A stretch of 64,000 nucleotides of DNA from Longimicrobiales bacterium. Its GTDB lineage: Bacteria; Gemmatimonadota; Gemmatimonadetes; Longimicrobiales; Gaopeijiaceae. The notes under the pieces were generated by a model, which saw only the letters and a program-made list of their open reading frames with translations, had not been told where the DNA came from and searched no databases. Numbering within the stretch: position 1 is the first letter of the stretch; each line of letters opens with the position of its first letter. Shown in pieces: positions 52,102-60,716 of this stretch. The DNA lies in assembly GCA_965219445.1 (NCBI GenBank), contig CBDCNQ010000005.1, forward strand, positions 672,001 to 736,000, given 5' to 3'. The position numbers were made by a program, and so were the translations under genes.

Positions 52102-54035
52102 TCGATGATCGTCAACGGCCTCTGGTCCCGTTCCGCGAGAAGTCGTTCCCACTCGTCAAAGTCGATCGCAGCGTCCTCGTCGATCAGAAGATGGGCCCCA
52201 GCCCTCCCCGCTCCGCCGGCCTGGATCCACCGCCGCAATGCTTCCCTGGCCTTTTCCTCACGCTCCGAACCCGAGGCGATAAAGTCGTACTCGAAGTCTT
52301 GAAACCCCGGGAAGGTCCCGATGGATCGATACGCCACCTGCCGGGTCGCGGAATATGGATCCATGAGAAGTTGCGTTAGATACGGAGCCATCCAGGTCTG
52401 GCCGGACGCCTCTCGAGCCGCATCCCAACCCAGGTGCCAAGCGAGGATCGTCCGCTGGGCCGCGTCCCCCTTCATAACCCAGAGAATTGAGGCGGCGATC
52501 GATCGATCATCCTCGCCCATCTCCACGAGAGGCTGCCCGTACCATTCGTTGAGGGTTTGGTTGGTCCACTCCATCGTCTCATCGAGGTGGCAGAGATTGC
52601 ATGCATTGGGGCGCCCACTCTCCAGCGAGACCTGAGCGCTGGGACTGTCGATGCGGTGACTGCGTATCGCCGAAAAGAGGCCGTATGTCGTATGCGGCAT
52701 GTGACAATTCATGCACTCGCTACCAGAAGACTCCGGAAGGTGGCGAGTGTGCTCCGAGATCTCATCCGCATAGTCCGTATGGCAACCCAGGCACGATCGG
52801 TTCCCGGTCACATCGGGATCCAGTTGCCCGTCCGGCGCCTCATACTCGTGCATCGAATGGCACGATAGACACGTCATGTCGTCGGTGTGACCCGGGGATT
52901 CGAGGTGCCCGTTGTACTCCCGCCCCGTGACCCGAATCGTTCCATCGCGCCAATACCTGCCTTCGAAGGCGGCGGGTTCGGTCTCCAGAAACTCCAGCAA
53001 CAGTGGATCTTCGGGATCCTCCGTGTAGAGGAACACCGACATGTGCTCGGCCAGCTCATCTCCCGGACGAAACGGGACTCCACTCCTCCTGAACCCCTCC
53101 TTGTCTCGCCACTCTCCGAAGCTGTGACATTGAGCGCACGTCTCGACGGAACGCCGTGGCTCGAGCTTCGCCGGGTTGGCGATCGTCGGATCGGGGGGAT
53201 CCTCCCCCTGCAACTTGCGAAAGTACCGCAGGTAACGCCGCACCGGCGACTGATAGAAACGGACGTGTTGCTCGGCCGGACCGTGGCAGGCCTCACATGC
53301 GATACCCAACTCCACGGTCCGCGTGTCGAAACTGTCGAAGCTCTCCGAAGTCCGCGGCTCGGTCGCGACCGAGTGGCACTGAGAGCAGGTCGCATTCCAG
53401 CGAAGGGGCCCCTGAACGGAGGTACTCGGCGGGCTGATAAACGAATCCTGATTCGGAACCCATCTCTCCTCTTGGATCATCCAAATCCAAGGAAGCTGAA
53501 TGAGTGCTCCATCATCAGGGGCCAGGGATCCTTCTCCCCCGTCCGGTCTGCGTATCCAGTAGTTTTGCATGTGATGAGAGCCCGTGGCCATCACCACCCG
53601 CCCCTCGATCCGCGGCGGCGTCTCGGGCCAGTTGGGGTCGATGAGCTCCATGAACCAGAGCGGTTGCTCGAACCAAAGTGGATCGGGCATCTCAACCCAG
53701 ATTTCGTCGTCCCGGACATCGAATCGATACTGGAACCCGCGGTCCTCCAGGATGATGTCATCGAACGTTGCCAGCACCGTGGAAGGCGTCGCCACTTGGG
53801 TCATGGTCCGATGGTAGGAACGGTGCCAAGCGTCGTATTGAGCCGGATGGCATGACTGGCACGTGACCGAGGTCGTGAACCCTTGCCCGGTCGCCTGCCC
53901 GGGAAGGTCCTCTTCAAGTGCGTCATCTACGTCCGGGCTCCGGAGAGCCCCCGCGCCGACCGTGATTACCGCACAAACGATGAAGATGATCCGGTAAGGG
54001 GGATCCGCGGAGCGTGACTTCGGACTGTTGGCCAT
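52098..54035 (-). CDS. Multiheme (8 CxxCH) c-type cytochrome, C554-like N-terminus
   Basis: CQSCH, CSQCH, CEACH, CAQCH, CLSCH, CLGCH, CMNCH and CNLCH; N-terminal TM anchor. Confidence 0.92.
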   Translation of the reverse strand: MANSPKSRSADPPYRIIFIVCAVITVGAGALRSPDVDDALEEDLPGQATGQGFTTSVTCQSCHPAQYDAWHRSYHRTMTQVATPSTVLATFDDIILEDRGFQYRFDVRDDEIWVEMPDPLWFEQPLWFMELIDPNWPETPPRIEGRVVMATGSHHMQNYWIRRPDGGEGSLAPDDGALIQLPWIWMIQEERWVPNQDSFISPPSTSVQGPLRWNATCSQCHSVATEPRTSESFDSFDTRTVELGIACEACHGPAEQHVRFYQSPVRRYLRYFRKLQGEDPPDPTIANPAKLEPRRSVETCAQCHSFGEWRDKEGFRRSGVPFRPGDELAEHMSVFLYTEDPEDPLLLEFLETEPAAFEGRYWRDGTIRVTGREYNGHLESPGHTDDMTCLSCHSMHEYEAPDGQLDPDVTGNRSCLGCHTDYADEISEHTRHLPESSGSECMNCHMPHTTYGLFSAIRSHRIDSPSAQVSLESGRPNACNLCHLDETMEWTNQTLNEWYGQPLVEMGEDDRSIAASILWVMKGDAAQRTILAWHLGWDAAREASGQTWMAPYLTQLLMDPYSATRQVAYRSIGTFPGFQDFEYDFIASGSEREEKAREALRRWIQAGGAGRAGAHLLIDEDAAIDFDEWERLLAERDQRPLTIIE

Positions 54036-54038
54036 GGT

Positions 54039-54072
54039 CAAGATCGGAAGAGAACACAAGATCGGAAGAGAA
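54039..54072. repeat. 16-bp direct repeat containing AGATCGGAAGAG
   Basis: CAAGATCGGAAGAGAA at 54039-54054 and 54057-54072. Confidence 0.9.
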
Positions 54073-54482
54073 GAAAGGTGCCAGCTTCATGCTTCTCTGA
54101 TCGGCGCCCTCGGTTCCCGACGAGCAAGATGAGTTCCGCGAGACCACAGCGTCAAGATCAGATATGGCAGGAGCCGAGGCGCACGCTCGTCGGTCGGGCT
54201 CGTCTCAGTCGGGTACGGATGGATCGAACTCGAGCTCGGGGATCGGCTCCGGATCCGTGGGGCCGAATCCGGAAGCCGGCACCTTGCTGCAACGCTCCCC
54301 GATCCTACATACTGCGTCGTAATAGTGCGTCGTAGGCTCACCGCCCTGAGAGGGGGGGTCGAGTGAGTCGAGTGAGTTGTTCAAGTGAGTGGACGCTTGA
54401 GTGGACGCTCATAAGTAGACGCCCATGATAGACCCCCATAACAGTAGACTCCCGAAAATCAACGCGACCCCAGGAGATTGAG

Positions 54483-55179
54483 ATGAGCCGTCGAAAAGGA
54501 TCTGACCACGGCATTACCCGCCTGGTGCTGCTGACGCTGGCATTCCTGATGAACGGAACGGCTCTCCTCCACGCCCAGACGCCCGAAAACCTCAACCGCC
54601 CCCCCCGGGACGAGGACTATCTTCGCCACGAAGCCGCAAGCCGAGAGGCGAAGGACGATTCTCTTCGCTGGTACCTGCTGCCATCACGGCGGTGAGGGAC
54701 TCGACGGCGTGCCCACCGGGAACCTGTGGATGATCCAGAACATGGCCCCCACGCTCGAAAGGGCAGCGCTCGTGATCAACATGGAGCACCTGTCACAGAC
54801 GCAGACGTATGCCGCGAGTCGCGGGGGCAGAGGCTACGCGGAGCCGGACGGGTTGGTGTATTCCAACGCGATCGGCGCACGCCGGTGGTTCGTGGGCGGG
54901 TCGGACGACCTCGAGCGCCTCGCGAGGAAAACCTTCCAGGACTTCGGGGTGGCGCTGTACGCTGCGCCCGAGCAGAACCCAGGGGGAGAGTTGGGCGCGT
55001 TCCGGCCCGTGGCCCCGAGCCTCCACATCATCGATCAGATCTTCTACCACACCTCGATGGACACCGCAGAGCTCGTGCCGGCATCGGGCCTCCAGAGTGC
55101 GGTTCAGGCGTTCGCCAAGATCATCAACGAGGTCAATCGGATGGATATGCGCAACCTCAGGGTGAACCTCTCCCCGTGA
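54483..55179 (+). pseudogene. Gene remnant(s): signal-peptide ORF plus C-terminal fragment of a peptidase-like (M28-like) protein
   Basis: 54483..54695 has RBS aggaga and a signal peptide but stops early. 54709..55179, in a different frame, reads ALVINMEHL…GGELG…FYHTSMDT with no N-terminal catalytic part. Confidence 0.5.
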
Positions 55180-55210
55180 TGCTTGGGGTCAATGCCGGCC
55201 CCACCAACGC

Positions 55211-55311
55211 GCTCTCCGAGACGTGGCCCGAGATCACGGTATAGTCCATGTGGCGGCGGTCGCCGGCGACGTCGAAGACCTCCTCCATCATGACGCGAAA
55301 TTCCTTGTCGC
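55211..55311 (-). pseudogene. Decayed 101-bp copy of an internal segment of the DUF4139 gene (60918-61018)
   Basis: Ungapped alignment by eye, 89/101 identical, same orientation. Confidence 0.9.
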
Positions 55312-55413
55312 TAACCTACGTAAATTCGTTGTAGGCACCCCTTTCCCATCCAGGCTAGTAAACGTAGCTTGTCGAGGTACAGTGTCCTCATCCATGAAGG
55401 AGGGGAGGTCAGC

Positions 55414-58400
55414 ATGCGGTATCCAAGGTTAGGCCTATTGTTTGTCGGGGCTCTGGTGGCCTCAACCGTAACCGCCGACGCCCAGGTGATTACCGGGCGG
55501 GTCACGGATGCCTCGAGCGGCCAGGCAGTTGCGGCCGCTCAGGTCTTCGTGTCGGCTCTGGACCTCGGAGCTCTCTCCGAGGGAAACGGAACCTACTCGA
55601 TTCAGAATGTGCCGGCGGGCACCCACACTGTGTCTATCCAGCGCCTCGGGTTCGTGCCCGAGGAGCAGTCCGTGACACTCGGACCGGGCCAGACGGTGCA
55701 GCTCAATTTCCAGCTGGAATCTCAGGCTCTGTCTCTCGACGAGATCGTGGTGACGGGAACGGCGGGCGGCTCCCAGCGGCGCGCCATCGGGAACGTGGTT
55801 GCTCAGGTGAGTATGGATGACCTCACCTCGGTGGCTCCGGTCTCCAATGTGGAGCATGCGCTCTCAGGAAGGGTCCCTGGGGTCATGTTGTTGCCCTCGA
55901 CCAGCGCAGGCGGCGGGGCCAGAATTCGCATTCGTGGGAATTCCAGCATCGGGGTGGCCGGAGATCCCATCATCTTCGTCGACGGCGTTCGGCTCAACGA
56001 AAATCGCGCGAATAGAGCGCGTTATTACGCACTTTCAAGGCTCGCCGATTTCGACCCTGCCGACATCGAGAGCATCGAAATCATCAAAGGCCCCGCGGCC
56101 GCCACGCTGTACGGGACCGAGGCCTCGGACGGGGTGATCCAGATCGTCACCAAGCGGGGTCAGGTCGGAGCGCCGGTGTTCGAGTTCAGCACGGAGCTCG
56201 GGCAAAACTGGTTTCCGCAGTGGAAAAGCTATCGCCGCGACGCATGGGCTCCCATTCCCGCCCTGTGTCCCGCCCTGCCCTGCGCGGACGAAAGCCAGCT
56301 GAAAAGGATCAACTATCCCCGAGAGGACATTGCGAGGGGCCTCCCGGCAACGTACCAGAGCGGGCTCATCCAGCGCTATAACTTCTCGGTCCGAGGCGGC
56401 ACTGACCTGATCCGGTATTCGTTCGGTATCAACCGATCCGATCAGGACGGCCACGTCTACTGGAACACGGACGAGCGTAATGCGCTCCGGACGTCGATCG
56501 GGATAACCGCGAACGACAATCTCAACATTCTGTTCAACGGATCCTACTTCCAGGGGGAATATCATCCCCCTGAGGGCTTCTGGGGTGCGGAGTTTGGTTT
56601 CGGCGGGAGACCGACCACCTTCTTCGACGGCACCACCGGGCTTCAAGACTTCGATGATGACTCGAAGAGAGGATGGCGCGACGGGGGACCCGCGAGGTAT
56701 TGCCGGTTGAGTGTGAACACGCCCTGGTGCGATGGCCTCGAGAATACGCGGTATGACCACAGCATTACCAGCAAGAGGAGCACCTGGAGCATCCAGGCGG
56801 ATCTGGAAAACTTCGGGTGGCTCACCCATCGCCTTACCTTCGGGGTCGACCAGGTGTACGAGCGGGAATTGACGTTCACTCCGAGAGACGCGGTGGAGGG
56901 CAAGAGATGGTGGGGCGATGCAGAATTGGGTGAGAGGGAGCTTGAAGTGCTCGATGCGCCGGTGTACACGGTGGACTTTTCGGGAACCGCCACGTTCCGT
57001 TTTATGGACGGCGTCCTGGGGACCGCCACCTCGTACGGAGCGCAGTACTACAACAAGCAGGAGTTCTTCACTGAAACCATTGGCGATAACTTCGCCGTCC
57101 CCGAGCTCGCGACGGTCGGAGCCGCTTCGGTGACCGAGGCAGGCGAGACGTTCCTGGAAAACACGACGTTTGGCGTGTACTTCCAGGAACAGCTCGATTG
57201 GGACAACCGGATCTTCCTCACAGGTGCCGTCCGTCTTGACGACAACAGCGCGTTCGGGACGGACTTCAACCGTGCCGTGTACCCCAAGATCAGCGGCGCA
57301 TGGGTGGTGTCCGAGGAGGACTTCTGGAACATTGACTTCGTAGATCAGCTCCGGCTCAGGGGCGCGTGGGGCGAGGCCGGGAAGCAGCCGGACGCCTTTG
57401 CGTCCACGCGGCTCTACAGCCCGGAGACGGGTCCGGGCGGGCAGCCGATCCTGACGCCCGATCAGTTCGGGAATTCCGCACTCGGTCCTGAGACAGGCTC
57501 GGAGTTCGAAGTGGGTTTCGAGGCTGTATTGGCCGACTCGAGATTCGCCGTCGACTTCACCTACTACAACCGGAAGACCCTAGACGCCATCGTAGGACAG
57601 ACGCTCTCGCCCTCGCTCTGGCCCGGAGCCGCGGGAGATTTCGCCGGTGGGATCCAGCTGGTGAACATCGGGCAGGTGCACAACTGGGGGAGCGAGACCT
57701 CCCTGAATGCGCAGATCATTAGGGAGGGGCCACTGCAGTTGGATATGGATGTCGCCTTCACCACCCAGCAAAACAGAATCGATGACATGGGTGATATCAC
57801 ACGGATCCAGGTGGGCCGGGCTAGGGCCCACTACGAAGGCTTCTCCATCGCCGCGCAGTCCGACAAGCGGGTCATTCACGCCGAGTTCGTCAACGGCGTG
57901 AACGGTCCTGTGACGAACGTCCTGTGCGATCCGGGCTCGGGAAGGCGTGGTCTAGAATTCACTGATGTCGACGGAATGAGCACCGCCGAGCTCATCGCTC
58001 TTGGCCTTCCCTGCGACGACGCGCCGCTGTTGGTCTGGGGTGACAGCAACCCCACCAAGCTGCTGAACTGGAACACGACGCTCACTATATTCGAGAATTT
58101 GCGCCTGTCGGCGAACATCGACGGCCAGTTCGGCCACACGATCAGCCACGACTACCAGGGCGCCCGGTTCACGAGCCACCCAAGCGCCCGGCTCGTGTGG
58201 CTCCAAGACCAGGCCATCCCCCAGGCGTATCGGGATGTCACCCGGAATGGCCTCTCGTACGCTGATGCGGGCTTCCTGAAGCTCCGCGAGGTGGCGTTGG
58301 CCTACAGGCTGTCCGAGAACCTTGCTTCGAGGGTGGGTGCCTCCTCGGCGAACGTCCGGGTCGGGCTTCGCAACTGGAAACGCCTGTGGCTTGAGCAGCG

Positions 58401-58527
58401 GAGGGTCTATCGTGAGCGGCCGGTGGATCCTGAAGTAACCCGCGACACCCACGACTTCGGCGGGGAATCCGGAGGGGGCTGGCCTGTGGGTAGTCAGTGG
58501 ACGGCCCGCGTCACTCTCACGTTCTGA
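55414..58527 (+). CDS. SusC/RagA-type TonB-dependent receptor
   Basis: Carboxypeptidase-regulatory-like N-domain, LDEIVVTG, DIESIEIIKGPAAATLYGTEAS.GVIQIVTKRG plug signature and terminal F. Confidence 0.93.
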   Translation: MRYPRLGLLFVGALVASTVTADAQVITGRVTDASSGQAVAAAQVFVSALDLGALSEGNGTYSIQNVPAGTHTVSIQRLGFVPEEQSVTLGPGQTVQLNFQLESQALSLDEIVVTGTAGGSQRRAIGNVVAQVSMDDLTSVAPVSNVEHALSGRVPGVMLLPSTSAGGGARIRIRGNSSIGVAGDPIIFVDGVRLNENRANRARYYALSRLADFDPADIESIEIIKGPAAATLYGTEASDGVIQIVTKRGQVGAPVFEFSTELGQNWFPQWKSYRRDAWAPIPALCPALPCADESQLKRINYPREDIARGLPATYQSGLIQRYNFSVRGGTDLIRYSFGINRSDQDGHVYWNTDERNALRTSIGITANDNLNILFNGSYFQGEYHPPEGFWGAEFGFGGRPTTFFDGTTGLQDFDDDSKRGWRDGGPARYCRLSVNTPWCDGLENTRYDHSITSKRSTWSIQADLENFGWLTHRLTFGVDQVYERELTFTPRDAVEGKRWWGDAELGERELEVLDAPVYTVDFSGTATFRFMDGVLGTATSYGAQYYNKQEFFTETIGDNFAVPELATVGAASVTEAGETFLENTTFGVYFQEQLDWDNRIFLTGAVRLDDNSAFGTDFNRAVYPKISGAWVVSEEDFWNIDFVDQLRLRGAWGEAGKQPDAFASTRLYSPETGPGGQPILTPDQFGNSALGPETGSEFEVGFEAVLADSRFAVDFTYYNRKTLDAIVGQTLSPSLWPGAAGDFAGGIQLVNIGQVHNWGSETSLNAQIIREGPLQLDMDVAFTTQQNRIDDMGDITRIQVGRARAHYEGFSIAAQSDKRVIHAEFVNGVNGPVTNVLCDPGSGRRGLEFTDVDGMSTAELIALGLPCDDAPLLVWGDSNPTKLLNWNTTLTIFENLRLSANIDGQFGHTISHDYQGARFTSHPSARLVWLQDQAIPQAYRDVTRNGLSYADAGFLKLREVALAYRLSENLASRVGASSANVRVGLRNWKRLWLEQRRVYRERPVDPEVTRDTHDFGGESGGGWPVGSQWTARVTLTF

Positions 58528-58551
58528 TCTGACGCTAGGAAAAATGCCTTA

Positions 58552-58597
58552 GCCGTGCAGTGTCTCGGGATTCCCGAGGCACTGCACGGTGTTTCTT
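58552..58597 (+). terminator. Long stem-loop between susC and susD
   Basis: ccgtgcagtgtctcggg-att-cccgaggcactgcacgg (17-bp stem with one G-U pair) followed by tgtttctt. Confidence 0.65.
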
Positions 58598-58668
58598 ACG
58601 CGCGCTCAGAGCCGGGATCAATCAACGAGACTCAGAAGCTGCGATTCTGCGATTCATAGGAGGTCGAG

Positions 58669-60087
58669 ATGTGGTTCTCTAACAACAATCGAACAGCAGG
58701 CCGGGCGCACAAGCGCCCGACATCGTTTTCGGACCTTGTCCTGGTGGCCCTTCTTGCGGTCACCCTGGGAGCGTGCGACTCCTTGCTGGAGGTGGATCTG
58801 CCCGGATCGGTAACCGCGGATGCCCTCGACAATCCGGTGCTCGCGGAGACGCTGGTCGCCACTGTCATAGGCGACTTCGAGTGTGGATTAGTGGATCATT
58901 GGTGGGTAGGGCAGTGGATGGAGGAATGGCTGAACTCGAGCGGGGGCCGGCCGAATGCCCTCATCGGAAGCCGGGCTACGCTCAGCGAAGTGTACGCCGA
59001 CCCATGCGACTCGGGTACGGGCCCGATCTGGACCATTTATCAGGTGCCCATCCAGGATGCGGTACTTGCGATCGAGCTCATCGAAGGCTTCGACCAGGCG
59101 GACCTTGCCACCAACAAGGACCTCCTCATTGCGACGGCGCGCCTCTACGAGGGTTACTCGATCGAGCTGCTCGCGGAGACGTTCTGCGGGGTGACTTTGC
59201 TCGGTGGGCCGGAATTGTCGCCTTCGGCGGCGGCCGCCCAGGCGCAGGCCCGCTTCGACCAGGTCATCGCAAGCGCCGCGCCGGCGTCTTCTGAGTTGGA
59301 CGATCTCATCAGCGCCGCCTTGATCGGCCGGGCGAGGGCCAAGCTTTTCCAGGGCGACTTGGCGGGCGTGCTCACGGACGCGTCTGACGCACGAATTCCG
59401 GTGGGGTTCGAGTTGGAGGCGACGTACGACCTCAGCCCTGGTCGGCGCAACAACAGGCTCGCCGAGCGGAACAACAACAGCAGCTCCATGATGCCGCACC
59501 GGGACTATCTAGATCTGACCATCAAGGCGGACGGAACGCTGACCATCGACGATGGCGAGCCCGATCCGAGGGTTGTCGTCACGTTGACGGGGGACGGGAT
59601 AGAGAAGGATGGGCCGCGTGGGGTCATCAAGTACCGGGTACAGGAGAAGTACCCTGACGAAGACTCGGAGATTACGTTCTCCTCGTGGCGGGAAGCCATA
59701 ACCATGCTCGCCGAGGTGACGACAGGCGCGACCCGGGTTGGTCACATCAACACATTGCGCTCGATGGACGACGGATTAGGCGAGTTCATCGATGACACCA
59801 AGTGGCCTCTGACGACCTATGTCGGCGGTACTGATGCGGCAGACAGGGCCACGAGCGTCGAGGAGCGACGGAGGGAGCTCTGGATGCAGGGTAACCAGGC
59901 CGGTGACAAGCTCCGCTGGGCTGCGGCGGGCCTTCTGACGCCGACCACGCTCCCGCTGACGACCGACGAAAACGACGGCGGAACCGACTGGGAGACCGTC
60001 AACGAGTACGGGGAACCGCTCTCGGCTAATAGTGGTACGTGCGTAAGGATTCCGCGCCTCGAGGTACTGGCGAACGACAACCTATAG
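58669..60087 (+). CDS. SusD/RagB-type lipoprotein
   Basis: Lipobox LGAC-DSLL, LAETFCG, DPRV, INTLR and EERRRELWMQG motifs; directly after susC. Confidence 0.85.
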   Translation: MWFSNNNRTAGRAHKRPTSFSDLVLVALLAVTLGACDSLLEVDLPGSVTADALDNPVLAETLVATVIGDFECGLVDHWWVGQWMEEWLNSSGGRPNALIGSRATLSEVYADPCDSGTGPIWTIYQVPIQDAVLAIELIEGFDQADLATNKDLLIATARLYEGYSIELLAETFCGVTLLGGPELSPSAAAAQAQARFDQVIASAAPASSELDDLISAALIGRARAKLFQGDLAGVLTDASDARIPVGFELEATYDLSPGRRNNRLAERNNNSSSMMPHRDYLDLTIKADGTLTIDDGEPDPRVVVTLTGDGIEKDGPRGVIKYRVQEKYPDEDSEITFSSWREAITMLAEVTTGATRVGHINTLRSMDDGLGEFIDDTKWPLTTYVGGTDAADRATSVEERRRELWMQGNQAGDKLRWAAAGLLTPTTLPLTTDENDGGTDWETVNEYGEPLSANSGTCVRIPRLEVLANDNL

Positions 60088-60260
60088 CAAGTAGGGATGG
60101 GCACGTCGCACCGGTAATCGCGGCGGCCAATGTGAGCCCCGTGCCCAAGGACCGATACGGTCCATGGGCACGGGGCTTCGCTTTCTTTGACCGATATCGA
60201 GGTGCGGCTCCACGATTCGTATCCTGCTCCATAGTTCGTATCCTGCTCCGTAGCGGGAGG

Positions 60261-60668
60261 ATGAGAAGCATGACCAGCATGCGAAAGTGCCTGAGGTTGG
60301 GGCAGGTGTGCCTCATGCTCGGCTTGGCCTCGGTCCCAGTCGGTTGTGCCGGTGCCAGTGCCGGAAGGGGAGACTCCTCCGCGAGTTCGTCTCGGAACGT
60401 GCTCACTGGAGAGCAGATACGGGACACCAATGCGGTAGCCCTCTACGACGCATTGCTGGAACTCCGGCCGATTTGGCTTCGCCGCCGGGGTCTCGCAGAG
60501 CCGGTGGTCTACATATATGGACTCCGGCACGGAGGAGTGGGAACGCTGTACGGGATAGCCGTGAACCAGGTCGTCCGAGTCGAGTTCATCAGCGCCCTCG
60601 ATGCCACAACCCGTTATGGGACGGGGCATATGGGCGGAGTACTCCTGGTCGACATAACGAACTTCTGA
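60261..60668 (+). CDS. Small lipoprotein with a TonB-plug-like domain
   Basis: RBS gggagg, lipobox-like VGC, NVLTGEQI…LRPIWL…PVVY…ATTRYGTGHMGGVLLV. Confidence 0.7.
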   Translation: MRSMTSMRKCLRLGQVCLMLGLASVPVGCAGASAGRGDSSASSSRNVLTGEQIRDTNAVALYDALLELRPIWLRRRGLAEPVVYIYGLRHGGVGTLYGIAVNQVVRVEFISALDATTRYGTGHMGGVLLVDITNF

Positions 60669-60716
60669 GTGCGGTTGCAAGGAGTAAGCGGCGTGAGCCG
60701 CCCTCTCAGCTACGAC

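Noticed and set aside
55211..55311. Diversity-generating retroelement TR/VR pair with 60918-61018
   Set aside because: The mismatches are not adenine-specific on either strand and there is no reverse transcriptase in the window.
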